Notes: a model not told the origin generated them from the sequence alone. 50,927 nucleotides of DNA from Calcarisporiella thermophila CBS 279.70 (GCF_041956535.1 NW_027192237.1:7351-58277); one strand, 5' to 3'; positions 26,109 through 38,828 are shown, numbered from the stretch's first letter. Made by a program: numbers and translations.

Positions 26109-27317
26109 TGAAACAGAATATGATTATGACTGGGTTGGAGAGTTGGAAAGACCAGATGTGAATGTCTTAAAATATGCATTCGCTCCATAGGGGAGCTTCC
26201 TCATCCGGATATATACCGAATTTCCGACTGGTTGCACTAAAGGTTAGGTGGAAAATTAAGGATACTTATAAAGTATAAGCTTGTAAAGCAAGATTGCGTA
26301 ACCAAGGATGTGGAACCAACTGATATTTTGCCGGCCTGTAGACTAGCGGTGACGAGGTATGGCTCTAGGTTGCTTAGGTGATCAGCGGTAGGTGGAAGTG
26401 TTGAAGATTGAGCTTTAATAGACGTGTCCGACCACGATAGGACGTATTCATCATGCTCATTTTTGGTAGGGTCTGTGTATGGAATCTGCTCAAACTCACT
26501 TTAATTTACGAATTAAACTGTGATATATAGCGTAACACTATCCCTAAGCGGAGATTATTTGTTGTTAGTCCCTTATCTGAGTTCGGTCATTAAAAAATCG
26601 GAACAAAAATACCTCGAAGAGGAAAATAAAGCTTAAATGAATAATTAAAATCTCAGATAACTTATGTTAATGAAAGTCTACCCTAATACTCTAATACCAA
26701 AAAAAGCTTTACAACAATGATCTCTTCATAGCAGGTGATGGTGTCATAGATTACTCATAAAATAGACTCTACAACCTTATTCACGAACCAATAGCACACA
26801 TGGCGTTATCACGAGCGGTAAGTTCCATGGATTCGATCTTACACTTAAATTACATCAGTCATGCAAATCCTTTATTGAATTCGGAAATCTAAGGAAGCTT
26901 GAGGGACAGATCATACTGCAAGTATTAAACTCAAACAAATCATGCACGGCTGTGGCTTACCACTTCGCACCCCCCCCCCGTAGAATTTGGCCAGCGAATA
27001 GCGACTAGAAAGTATTTGAACAGTAACATGAGACTCGGTATAACTTTCGACATAGCGTAACCGCGTTTTTTTGCTAGTTCCACAAATATTATCTTAGCTC
27101 TATTTGTACATAAGTTGCAACGTTGAGGTATATATAAGATAAGCTGCGTTCGTCCCCACCACAAGTTCATTTGGTAGCTGTCTGACACACCATTGCGTAT
27201 GTCACGTAGCCGTATTTAGTGCTAGTATCGAATTCTTGCTCATTAAAACCTGCAAATAATTGCTATCTTTAGTAAAACCAACGAATACTACTTTAAGATC
27301 AATTTCTTTTCAATATC

Positions 27318-29463
27318 ATGGTGAACGCTGAGGAACATGCCAATATTAATGGCCAAAATGGCTCTAATGCTAACAACATTGCCCATAAGATTACTGATCT
27401 CATCGGCCGGTATCGAATCATTAGTGAAAATGACCAATTTGACAAAACAGGTCGAGACAAATTGCTCTCCCAAATTAGCGCTATGGTGAAGAACGAGGAA
27501 GCCATCCAAATGATTCTGCCTGGTTTTGCTTTCAAGAGCCCTAATGACGACATCAAAGTCATTGGTAAACTTCCCGACAAGGCAGAAGAGCTAGCACTTT
27601 TGCATCTTGACGGTCTTTGCGACTCCATAAAGGAAATTTACTCTAAGGGAGCCAGACTCACTATTGTCAGTGACGGTCTTGTCTACAATGGTAAGTTATG
27701 ATCAAGCCTGACTAAAGTTTAGTGTTAATTGAATAAAGAGAATCTTATATCTCAGTTGCTGACATCTAAATTATTTTTTTACGCCTATAGACCTCCTGCA
27801 CGTCGCCGATGAAGATGTCTGGCGATATAGTATTGCCATCCGAGAGATGTCCAAGGACATACGCGCCGAACATATCCATTTTGTTCGTGTGAGCGAGCTG
27901 CTAGGTGAAACTGCACCCCAGACGGAGGAGGAGTACCTCACCAGAGTTAAGGGCATTCGCACTCGCCTCTTCGAGGAATATCTTCCAGCCGGGTATGACT
28001 TTGAGCAGAAGTTAAAGGAAGATGCAGATGTTTTGGCCACCCATCAAAGTTATATTAAGGTGGTAAAGAAAGATCTGGCCAAGGTGCTCAATGGCAGCGC
28101 ACCAGAAGTTGCAGAAAAAATGCAGTCCGATGTAGCCAAGCAAATGATTCAACGTGGCCAGGTACAATTAATCTGTTTAAGATATTGCTGTGAACTCTTG
28201 CTTCTTTCACCGCAATACCACTGACTCTATAGTATTGTCTTGCTCTAGTGTTTCGCCAACATTATAGCATCCAAGTATTCTAGTCACGTTCGTCTCTCGA
28301 TTCATCCTTCCAACAACATAAACAAGTTGTCCATCTCATTATTTCCTGGTAAGAAGTACGCGACTATACCCATAACGCCTTGGCATAGCACAATATTCTT
28401 GGATGCCACCGGTAATTTCGATGTACTACTGCGAGAAGATATTTCGGATAGCAAGACAAAAACCCAAGTCATTCTCAAGGACGATAAACCCTGGCTAATG
28501 CGAGAAATAGACAGTGTTTACGAGTGGGAGGGCATGGATATTGCTTTTGAACCCTTATATCCCTGTGGCATCATGGTCAAACCTACGCGCAAAGGTCAGA
28601 TATACAACTTCGTAGACGTCGACATGCAAAAGGTTAGACGACTCGCTCTATCCAACGCCCCTGTCATTCTTCGTGGTTTCGCCATGCCCGTCGAAAAGGA
28701 AATATTCCGCAGGAAAGCGGCTGAGTTAGGTGAGATCCAGATGTGGCCTTTTGGAGACATCCTGGAAGTTCGAGAAAACGCTGATCTCAACATGAATAAT
28801 GTCTTGACCCGTGAAGATATGCCTTTCCATTATGATGGCTGTTTCAAGATGGTTGAAAATGACAAAGGAGAAGTCGTTCCAAAGCCGCCACTGTGAGTAT
28901 CAATCCCTTCTTACTTCGTGCCAAATATCCTAATAATGAATAATCTAATGTGGCGTCCTCTGCTTACCGAATGCGATAGCTTCCAGATGTTCCGCAACAA
29001 AGCTAGCACCGCCGTGGGTGGATTGACCCTTTTCTCATCATCCAAACTACTCCTTGAACTGCTACCATCCGATCTTTCATTTGAGAGACTCAAAAATCTC
29101 GAGTGGTCCAGTTATACGCCAGAGAACGATGCGTTTGGAGGCAAACCCATTGAACAACCGTTGATCTCGCCTCACCCTGTAAACGGTGCGCCAACGATAC
29201 GCTTCCATGAACCATGGCCCGAGACCAAGACAGCCTCTTGCCAACCCACCTATGTCAGCATTCTAGGTGTCAGCAAAGAGGAAAGCGATGAGATTTGCGA
29301 GAAGCTGACGGTCTTATTATACGACAGGCGTATATGCTACCGTCACCAATGGCAAGAGGGCGATTTTCTCTTCAACGACAACATGGCAACGCACCATACA
29401 CGTACGGCATATCAGACCGGCTACCGCGAACTATGGCGTGTTCACGTAGATGCAGCTTGGTAA
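27318..29463 (+). CDS. Isocyanide synthase (PvcA/Dit1)-Fe(II)/2OG dioxygenase (PvcB/TauD) fusion, copy 1 (~623 aa); exons 27318-27690, 27791-28161, 28249-28892, 28980-29463
   Basis: LPGFAFKSPN, LPDKAEE, SDGLVYND, RLSIH, TPWH; WPFG, HYD (28828-36), IRFHEPW, NDN..THHTR, RELWR; three GT-AG introns restore one frame. Confidence 0.93.
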
Positions 29464-29587
29464 ATGCTGCAAGTGTAGTTTTTTCTTCATATGCGATATC
29501 AATAAAAACTATGTCTTAATCATAGAGTAGCAGTATATTCTGATCTAATATGGTATTAAAGATAAAAACTTGGCGTGGTATACATAC

Positions 29588-29925
29588 TGTACATACAAAT
29601 ATACCCATATAAGAAGTGGGCATAGGGAAAACATAGGGAAATAATATGGAACACATGCGGAATACCTCACTTTCCTATAATTTCCCTATAATTTCCTTTA
29701 TTTCCTCTAATTTTACTATAAATTCCGAATCCTTACCCATATAAAAATCCATATAAAATCCATATAAAATCCATATAAACTCTATTAAAAATTATAGAAA
29801 ATATCAGGAAATCATAAGGAAAATGAGGTGTTCACTATGTTTTCCGCATTTTTTCCCTATTTTTTCCCTATGTGATTTTCTATAGTTTATATTTGTATAT
29901 AGCGTATACGCTATATACAAATATA
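29588..29925. repeat. Foldback/MITE-like element with CCATATAAAAT tandem core and adjoining perfect 38-bp palindrome (29888-29925)
   Basis: Left arm (CATAGGGAAA repeats, ACCTCA) is the imperfect reverse complement of the right arm; TATATTTGTATATAGCGTA|TACGCTATATACAAATATA. Confidence 0.7.
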
Positions 29926-30396
29926 GGCTCCAAGTTAAATAAATAGTGATATATTTTATAGGATTCCTTGGAGTTTAGTGTATCATATTGGATCACCCTG
30001 ATCGTTCTCATTCATGCGTGGGATCAGGCAGTGGACGAGGCGCCGGCTTCAGCCCGTGTTCTGCATACAATAGCATATGACGACGTTTATTATTATCGGG
30101 CCTCGCTGGCTACCCGTGTGCTTAGACTTGAATTGCGTTATCTTCAAATTCGCATCAACTCCCTTATATCTCCGATAAATATTTTTTGATCTATTCCTTA
30201 CTAGTCAGTGTGTACTACGAAGTAAAATAAAATTATTAAGTACTACGTTAGACTACATTAGAGCTCTTTGATACGCTACATAATTTCCTGCTGAATACCA
30301 CTGAGCCATAAAATTATGTAATAATTATTTTCATTGATGTTTATATACCCTGGAGCCTCCCTCTTCGTCCTTATCAAGGTACAGAGCCTATTCGAG

Positions 30397-31956
30397 ATGG
30401 TCGTGCCGCGCGTCCCGCATCTTTTCATTTCATTCTCAACTGGCCATGGCCATGCTGTGCCAATCTTAAGTTTTGCTCGTCGTCTAATTAATACGCCGAA
30501 TGCTCTCTCAGACACGGGCGCCACCCATGGGCATAAAATTCTGGTCACCATAGCCATAGTAGACACGTTTGCCGATGAACTTGTCGCTACTGGGTTCATT
30601 CCCTCACCCGATGAACATGCCGTAATCTTACGTGGTTCCTATGGTGAGGTGCGTCTAGTCAAGCTACACGACCTTCTCGTGATTGATCCTCAAAAGGACG
30701 GCAAGTATCCCTCCAAAGGTTTCCAATGTTATATCGAGTCAGCTCGTCAAACTGGCAGTGCCATCGAGCGTTATCTTCGCGAGCAGCAAAATCCAAATAA
30801 CCTTCACCCCGTCACGGCTGTGATCTTGGACACATTTATTGTTCGCAGCTGTCCCAAGACACCAAACGCTGGATTACCCTTTTATATTATAATGACAACA
30901 GGATTTTCAACGAGCCCAGATACTATGTTCCCACTGCCTCCGCTGGACATGAAAGCGGATGTACCATATGATCAAGATGTCCGTATGGATTCTATCTCAC
31001 CCGATAACTTCGGATTGATATTTGCACAGCGTCACCGTGCCGCCACCCTGCTTCCCGAATGTCGTGGATTCCTGTGGAATACCGTGGACGGTATTGAAGG
31101 CGATATCTTGCAAACCAGCAAAGTATGGCAAGCCAATTATCCAGGCGTACCTGTGCGCTTCTTAGGCCCTCTCAACTGGATTGATTCGGTGGATAACTCT
31201 GTGCCATCCACTGCTTCTTCAGCCGCCACTGCTCAAAAAGACAGTAGACTCCAGAAGCAGCAAGCCATTGATGCATATGTCCGGCAGTGGATGGATAGTC
31301 AAGAGGACGCCTCTGTGTTATTTGTGGCATTTGGTTCGGTGACCGTAACTACCCCTGAGCAAAAGGTCGAACAGCTTCGAGGACTGATTTCAAGTGGTAG
31401 GCGCATTCTGTGGGTGTTGCGTGGTAGCATGGAACCTATCTTTCCATATGTTCAAAATCATCCTGGCATTCCAGAAGGCATGCTCGTTGCTCATAGCAAT
31501 ATCAAAGTGGGAGACAAACCTGGTGAGGTAGTGATAGTACCATGGGCTCCTCAACGCGACATCCTAGCTCATCGTGCTACAGCTGCATTTTTGACGCACT
31601 GTGGTTGGAATTCGACGATGGAAGCGCTCATGTATGCTCGTCCCACTCTCGGATGGCCAGGATTTTGCGACCAGGCCGATTCGGCCAACTTCTTAAAGAA
31701 GCTTGGCGTGGGTATCAACTTCCCAGATACTGCCGCTCCCGTTGTGGGTCCAGTACCAAGCATGGAATCTGCCCGCGTTGTTCCCCATGATGAAATCACT
31801 GAAAGAATTAACGAGCTCTTTGCTTCCGAGAATTTCCCTCAATTCGTCGCAAATGCGAAAAAATATAGCTTAGCCATGCGATCTGCTTGGAATATTCCTG
31901 ATGGATCTTCCTATCTTGCCCTTGTGAACTTTGTAGCAGAACTTGACAAGTTTTAG
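30397..31956 (+). CDS. GT1 UDP-glycosyltransferase (~519 aa, intronless)
   Basis: N-terminal GHGH catalytic His; VLFVAFGS; full PSPG box WAPQRDILAHRATAAFLTHCGWNSTMEALMYARPTLGWPGFCDQ; ATG at 30397 chosen as start. Confidence 0.93.
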   Translation: MVVPRVPHLFISFSTGHGHAVPILSFARRLINTPNALSDTGATHGHKILVTIAIVDTFADELVATGFIPSPDEHAVILRGSYGEVRLVKLHDLLVIDPQKDGKYPSKGFQCYIESARQTGSAIERYLREQQNPNNLHPVTAVILDTFIVRSCPKTPNAGLPFYIIMTTGFSTSPDTMFPLPPLDMKADVPYDQDVRMDSISPDNFGLIFAQRHRAATLLPECRGFLWNTVDGIEGDILQTSKVWQANYPGVPVRFLGPLNWIDSVDNSVPSTASSAATAQKDSRLQKQQAIDAYVRQWMDSQEDASVLFVAFGSVTVTTPEQKVEQLRGLISSGRRILWVLRGSMEPIFPYVQNHPGIPEGMLVAHSNIKVGDKPGEVVIVPWAPQRDILAHRATAAFLTHCGWNSTMEALMYARPTLGWPGFCDQADSANFLKKLGVGINFPDTAAPVVGPVPSMESARVVPHDEITERINELFASENFPQFVANAKKYSLAMRSAWNIPDGSSYLALVNFVAELDKF

Positions 31957-33488
31957 TTGTGGGCTTGTTCTTGATTTTTTGGATTTAAAGCGCGTTCATT
32001 ATTTTTGATAGAATATGACAATTTGAATATGATAAATATCTATTGCAATTTTGAATTGATTTCAATTTGATGTATATATATTTTGATAATCAATGAAGCA
32101 CATTTGCACGCTTCCAGTAATACACGCTCATGGGAAGGAACACAGGTTCCAACTGGCAGAGTATTTTCAAACTTCAGCTAATGAGATTGATGTTGACAAT
32201 ATTTTGAGTTTAATTATTCAATCTGCTCATTGAATTTTTTATCATACTTCGTGCTAAGAAAACTTGTGGAAAAAAGGGCACATACATTCAGAAAAAAAAA
32301 AACGGTGAACTTGGCATCGCCTACTTGAATAATTCTATAACACTACCTTTTTGGTAGATATAATAAATATGGAAATTTAGTGAGGAACCATATAATAAAA
32401 CAAGGGAATTAAATACTCAAAGAAAACGATCTAATTATTTAATGGTCAAAAGATACTGTATGCTCTAAGATAAGCTGAGGATAATAATATATAAATAAAA
32501 GATAAAAATAAATATGGTCATGACTGGTGTCATTAAAGAAAGCTGAGCGGGTTTACGTCAAGGCTTAGAGAGATATTGCTCGAGTGGTTCGTCCCGCTAC
32601 AACTTCCTCTTGATTGGGCCGAGTATAGTCCTCGCATCTATTACTCTATGAGCTGCCATTCTCTCCATATACCACTTTGTGAGCGATGCTTAATATTCTA
32701 TTGGTTCATATGCACGAGAAGGACAAGAGATACAAGGTATGCACGAGGTAAAATCCATTAAGACGTGTTTTACAGCCATGAGTTCACTAATGACTTTTAA
32801 CTGTTGTCTTAAATCTTATTACCTACATATATGAAGTCGACCTCTTCTCTCTCTTCTTTCAATGTATATGAGTCGTCCTCATACTCTTTGAAAGGAGAGA
32901 GGAATTCTGTGCATAATAGCCAACCCTGATTCAACTACTTTTTCCTCCTACCCCTTCAAGAAGTCTCGAGTTGAGCGGATGGGGAAGGATACTGTTCCAC
33001 TAGCTTTAAGCGAAGAAAGATTCAGATTTGACCACAAAATAAGATCAAATTTATCTCGATTTCATTAATATACATACTGATTAAAAAAATGGAACACTTC
33101 GACAAAAAACATATTTCTTCATTTTTTCGAGCCTTCATGAAGAAAGGACACGGAATTGTCAGATTGTATTTTATTAAGCAAATTTCACAATGCTCTTGGA
33201 TGGGTTTACGAAACCATACAATTCTATGAAAGACAACAAAAAGAAATAGGCAAAAATGCTTGAGAAAGTTAAGATATTGTACGGTTAAACAGGGCATCTC
33301 TTTAAATTAGAGTGAGTAGGTAAATATAACATCCAATGGGTACTATGGCACGCAACAAAATTCATAAATATGAGTGCATAAAAAATAAAATATTACGGAT
33401 GGGAGCGTAGAAGCAAGAATAATCAAATGTCTTCACAAAGAGATCTTAATCATAAATAGGTCTCAAGTTATAAAATCGGAGTTTGGTA

Positions 33489-35276
33489 CTATACAGGAGA
33501 CATGTCTGACTCCTTCTCATTTTTCATACCTTCCTCGGCATTCAATGGCGTTGGAGTGGACGCGGCAGAAGCCTGTGGTGTTAATTCGATGTGTTTCAAG
33601 CCCAAGGTCAGTAAGATCATTATTCCAGTTAATGGCGTCATGGCGATGAAAACCTTGTGGAAGGCTTCTCCATAAGCAACACCAATGATTTTTTGATCTT
33701 CCGGTGACAACGTCGATATGAATTCAATGCCTTTGTTGGCAGTTTCAATGAGAACAGCGCCATTCGGTAAGCCAGAAAGGGACTCTTGAATTATATTTAG
33801 CTGGATGGCGCTAAAGATGGCAACGCCAATGACACCACCAATAGTACGGAAGAAAGCGATCAGCGTGGTTCCCGAAGACATGTCCTGCGGTACCAGCGTT
33901 GCTTGCGCAGCGATAATGGAAGTTTGGAAGGAGAAACCTGCGCCAATACCGCAAATGACAAGAAAACCGGCAGACATGCCGGGCGAACTATGTTGATCTA
34001 GGAGGATTAATAGGCCACTTCCGAGGGTGCTGATAATAGAGCCCAATAGGATGAAAGGGCGATAGGATCCCGTCTTGGAGACAACCATCCCGGATAAAGT
34101 AACGGTCAAAGCGAGCGGAATCAAGAAAGGGAGCAATTGTAGACCGGCTTGGATAGCCGATTCACCACGCACGGCTTGGAAAAAGATAGGAATGACGAAG
34201 ATCAGCCCAAAGAAAAATATGCCGAAGACAAAGGCAATGAGCGAACTGAGGGTGTAGTTAAGACTCCTGTAGAGCCCAAGTGGCATGATGGGCTCAACGG
34301 CCACCTTAGCTTCGATGAAAAAGAAGATGCCGCACAGGACAACACTAACGACATAGAGTGCAATGATCACAGCGCTATTCCACGCGTGAACATGGCCGCC
34401 CCACAGTGTCGCCAACAAAAAGCAAACCACGGCGCTTACAAAGGTCAGACTGCCAAGCCAGTCAATTCGCCGGAGTTTTGCCATGAACGATGTCCGTACC
34501 TCTGGAAGCACAAGGAATATCATCGTCAATATAATGCCCGGAACTACAAGTGGAACGTTGATGTAGAAGGACCATCGCCATGACACCTTATCGGTAAATA
34601 CACCACCAAGGAGGGGCCCAATAGCGCTTGCCAGTGCAAACATCATGCCAAACACACCCATATACTTGCTGGACTGCTGAACGCCAACCAGCTTCACCAG
34701 AAGGACCATCGGTAGGTCCATCATGCCGGCCGCGCCTATACCCTGGATCAACCGTGCGCCAATCAACATAGACATACTCTGCGCGGCTCCACTTATCACA
34801 GAGCCAACCAAGAAGATGGCCATCGAGAATAGATACGTGTTTTTTCCGCCAAAGATATCCGCTAATTTACCGTAAATCGGCTGCAGCGAGCTACCCGCCA
34901 GCAAATATACCGTAGCAACCCAGCTGACTGATTCAAACTCATGGAAGTCGTAGGCAATCCTCGTGAGTGCCGTTGAAACAATCGTATTGTCGAGAGCACC
35001 CAAAAAGAAAGATATTGACAAACTACCAAGCACGAGGAAAAGATCGCGACCACTAAGCGCATTTCCATCGTCGGTGCTGTGCATGGTGTCCGACTGTTTA
35101 ACATCGGCATGCTGATCAACCAATTCAGTTGATGGCAAAGACGCATCCGAAACCGCATCTCGCGGAAGGATCACCTCATCTTGAGACACAGATTTCACTT
35201 CACAAGACTCCGTTGAGCCGACCGAATCGAGCGTCGGCTGATCAACTTCCGCAGAGTGGCTCGGCGATGCTGCCAT
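33489..35276 (-). CDS. MFS DHA2 (14-TM) drug/toxin efflux transporter (595 aa)
   Basis: LDNTIVSTAL, YGKLADIFG, RLIQGIGAAG, GPLLGGVFTDKVSWRWSFYINVP, FFRTIGG. Confidence 0.95.
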   Translation of the reverse strand: MAASPSHSAEVDQPTLDSVGSTESCEVKSVSQDEVILPRDAVSDASLPSTELVDQHADVKQSDTMHSTDDGNALSGRDLFLVLGSLSISFFLGALDNTIVSTALTRIAYDFHEFESVSWVATVYLLAGSSLQPIYGKLADIFGGKNTYLFSMAIFLVGSVISGAAQSMSMLIGARLIQGIGAAGMMDLPMVLLVKLVGVQQSSKYMGVFGMMFALASAIGPLLGGVFTDKVSWRWSFYINVPLVVPGIILTMIFLVLPEVRTSFMAKLRRIDWLGSLTFVSAVVCFLLATLWGGHVHAWNSAVIIALYVVSVVLCGIFFFIEAKVAVEPIMPLGLYRSLNYTLSSLIAFVFGIFFFGLIFVIPIFFQAVRGESAIQAGLQLLPFLIPLALTVTLSGMVVSKTGSYRPFILLGSIISTLGSGLLILLDQHSSPGMSAGFLVICGIGAGFSFQTSIIAAQATLVPQDMSSGTTLIAFFRTIGGVIGVAIFSAIQLNIIQESLSGLPNGAVLIETANKGIEFISTLSPEDQKIIGVAYGEAFHKVFIAMTPLTGIMILLTLGLKHIELTPQASAASTPTPLNAEEGMKNEKESDMSPV

Positions 35277-36097
35277 GGTTATGATAATGAAGAGTATTTG
35301 GAATTGATCTCGTTACAGCGGTAATGAACTGTACTTTTGGAAAATGAATGCAATCTTTACAACACGATTCCGACAATCCTATCTAATAAAATATAATAAG
35401 TGGGACTTCGAAGAGATGTTGATTGGGAAAGGAAGATGGAATGTCGAACTAATCTGATTTTGAGGGGTAACCAAGACGTGACGCAGCGCGGGATGTACCG
35501 GTATTGCGACGAACTTAATTCTATTAAATAACTCTCGGGGTTCTCAAGCTATCTTAGCTCCTATCGCAGCTTCACAATATTTCAGAAAATTTAAGGTAAT
35601 AAAATCGACCCTGTGTAAACAGCAATAGAGGATCACCAAAAACTTATTGTATTAAAGTATGCTATTCGTCCGTGATGAACAACGATATCTTGAGTTTCAC
35701 GAATACCATTGTCCTTAGATAAGTGAATAATTATTGGATAAACTTATTATCAAACATTAATATTAAAATTAAAAACTTTAAATATAACTCAGTTTCCCTC
35801 TACTGTCCTATTGATCCATTTTGAGCACATTTTTCTTCACAACCCTAGCATTTTGTTACCGTATTGTAAACCAGCTCAGCGGATTGCGTAACCTACAAAA
35901 ATTTGTCATAGATTTGGACTCACTATATCACGGTCCTACCATATTCGCCTAAATCCCATAGAATATGTCGGAGCATCGCAATTGTTACCTCAAGATCTTT
36001 GGATCTTCTATCCTTCGACCACGATGTACAATCTAATAGGTGTTCGATATTGTATAAACTTTGCACAATAGGCATTAAGTCATTTTGTTGTGACTCA

Positions 36098-36299
36098 CCC
36101 TACAAAAAATGTGCATGGTGAAAACAGACAGGATATGAAGATAGGAGGCAAGGAGAATATTTTGCGATTCTCTATAATTCTACTGTGATTTCTAAACTCT
36201 TCACCATGTTAAAATATTATACTAATTTAGAGAATCGCAAAAGTTCTCCAGGCCTCTTGTATGTTACTATATGTTTTCACCATATGCTTTTTTGTAGAG
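36098..36299. mobile_element. CCCTA-family MITE in the MFS/ICS2 divergent promoter region
   Basis: CCCTACAAAAAATGTGCATGGTGAAAACA...TGTTTTCACCATATGCTTTTTTGTAGAG; internal GCGATTCTCTA/TAGAGAATCGC inverted pair as in the 40838 MITE; no TSD match. Confidence 0.65.
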
Positions 36300-36741
36300 G
36301 TAGAAGCCTAAAATTTTAGGTTTAGCCATGTTTTGTGAATGACCCTACCGATATATGAAATATAATAAAATTTACACATCGGGGTGCGTCCGAACTATCA
36401 TTCACTTGCTTTACCATATTGTAACATTTTCTCTAAACTCTTGGCCGGGTCACCTATAGTCACCTAATTTGCCCCTTATATTAGAGATTAAGATAAAGCG
36501 CAAAATAACAAGCCAAACCCAGAGTTCACATTTTAATTTTTCTCCTACACTTGTTTTGCTTCTTCTTAACATTCTTAACGACGCGTGGTCTGTCAAAAAC
36601 TGCCACCTACTATTAAAGATCTCCATATCGACGAACGCAGTACTCTTAACCTCATTTAAGAAAAGCATCAGTTCTTCCAATAATTCCCACTAGCTAGTGT
36701 ATATTGTTGTTTTCCTATTACTCAATTGAATTTCGCAAAAA

Positions 36742-38828
36742 ATGGTTGGAATCATCCCTACTCCCGATATTCAGCTAGGTCTTGAGTCTATTAAGTATCA
36801 GAATGCCGACCAGAAAGCTCACAAAATATGCGAAATTCTCGCCCGATATCGTATCTCCGGCCCAGTCGACTTGTTTGAACAAGTTGGTCGTCCCAAGATC
36901 CATGCCAAAGTGCGAAACATGATTTTGAATAGTCAGCCAGTAGAAATGATCCTTCCCGCATATCCCTTCAAGAGCCCCAATAGCACATATAAAGTGATTG
37001 GTGTTCATCCAGATAAAGCTGAGGAATTCTCATTAATCCACCTAAACGGACTTTGCCAGTCTATTACCGAAGTGTATCCAGGTGGCGCCAAGGTTGTTAT
37101 TGCCAGCGATGGACTTGTATACAATGGTAAGGTTCTTATACAATTTACATTAGGTGGTAGCAATTAGTAACATATTTTAACTCACGTGTTTCTGCTCGTC
37201 TTTTACAAAAATAGATCTCTTGAGCGTGTCTGATCAAGTGACTTGGAGGTATGATTTGGGCATCCGCGACATAGTAAGGAAACTCGACCTAAAGCATATT
37301 GAGTTTGTTCGCGCCTGCGAATTAATCGGTGAACCTGTTCCTCAAAGTGAAGAACAGTATATCGAGCGAATTGGCCATGTCAAGGCTCGACTTTTCAATG
37401 AATATCTTCCCGAGGATTATGACCTCGAGAAAAATATTCAAGAAGATCCCAATGCATTGGCTACTTATCGTGGTTATCTTCGTTTTCTCGCTCTCGATCT
37501 CAAGGGGGTCTTGGCCGGAAATATGGCAAAATCTGCTCAAAAGAAGGCGATCAAAGTTATTGCAAAGGAAATGATTAGACGCGGCAAGGTAAGCATTGGC
37601 ATGACAAGTGGATTGGTCGCACATTGATCTGGTAATCTAATATACGGTAAATATCTAAATTGAATGTTGTCTGGTAGTGCTTTGCAAAACTTATTGCAAT
37701 TAATTTCGCATCGAGCGTGCGGCTATCAATTCATGCCGCCGACAACACCGACAAACTCGCCATAACTTTGTTCCCTGGCCAGCATTTTGTAAAAAATCCT
37801 GTGACTCCTTGGCACAATACACCATATCAAGATGGAAATGCCACTTTTGCTGTGCTTCATCGCGAGAATATCTCAGAAAGCAATGTAAAAACACAAATTG
37901 TCCTGAAGGAAGACAAACCTTGGATTGTACGCGAGAATAACGACACATATGATTGGGAGAGAATGGATCTTAACTTTGAGCTCATGTACCCATGTGGTAT
38001 CATGATTTCACCCGTGAACAAGAATCAAGTATATAATCTCGTCGATGTCGACATGAAGAAAGTTCGACATCTCGCTCTCTCCAATTCTCCTGTCATTTTC
38101 CGTGGCTTCTCCATGCCCGCAGACGATGAAATCTTCCGCAAGAAAGCGGTTGAGCTAGGTGATGTTCAGATACGATCTTTTGAAGATATCCTAGAAGTTG
38201 AAGAAAACGCTGATTCCATTATAACTACGACTCGAGAAACTGTGCCATTCAATTTCGATGGTTGCTTCAAGATGAGCAAAAATGAAAAGGGAAAAATCGT
38301 TTCTCAGCCACCACTGTAAGTATCATCAAAGGCTGCAAAGCTAAACTCCCTTGCCATGACTAATCTAATTGACATTACTCTCGGATGAACACTAGATTCC
38401 AGATTTTCCACAGCAACTTTAATGCGGCCGTGGGTGGGTTGACTCTTTTCTCATCGTCCAAATTGTTCCTTAAGATGCTTCCGGAAGGCATATCTCTTGA
38501 GATGCTCAGTAAGCTAGAGTGGACCAGCAGTGGGTCTGCAAACGGTGATTTCATAGACACCCACCACAAATTACCACTGATCGTGCCCCACCCTGTGACT
38601 GGAGCACCCGTATCGCGCTTTCATGAGCCATGGCTGCAGTCTAAAACAAGCGGCAAACCTATCGATATTAGTATAGTAGGAGTCAACAAAGAGAAGAGCA
38701 AAGACATTTGCGAAAAGCTGACGGCCCTGTTTTACGACAGGCGCGTTTGTTATCGTCATCAATGGGAAAGTGGTGATATTCTCATCAGCGACACTATGTC
38801 CGTGCATCATGCACGTGCGGTATATTAA
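36742..38828 (+). CDS. Isocyanide synthase-dioxygenase fusion, copy 2 (~609 aa), dioxygenase domain probably inactive; exons 36742-37126, 37215-37588, 37678-38315, 38396-38828
   Basis: LPAYPFKSPN, SDGLVYND, TYRGYLRFL, RLSIH, TPWH intact; same three intron positions as copy 1; HYD changed to NFD (38251-59); premature TAA removes RELWR. Confidence 0.9.

Noticed and set aside
29737-29780. Short tandem repeats as a CRISPR-like array
   Set aside because: No spacers; eukaryotic MITE interior
30334-30396. Upstream extension of the UGT ORF
   Set aside because: GT1 enzymes normally begin shortly before the catalytic His strand, so ATG 30397 fits better
32540-33010. Coding-looking GC-richer patch between UGT and MFS
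   Set aside because: No recognisable motif or consistent frame
26454-35829. TGCTCA words (26454, 26487, 27237) and one TGTGCTCA (minus strand, ~35822) as possible Mac1-type copper elements
   Set aside because: Short motif, count close to chance expectation, host regulator unknown
27701-38385. Separate short ICS and TauD ORFs as independent genes or pseudogene fragments
   Set aside because: Canonical GT-AG introns at identical positions in both copies join them into single frames
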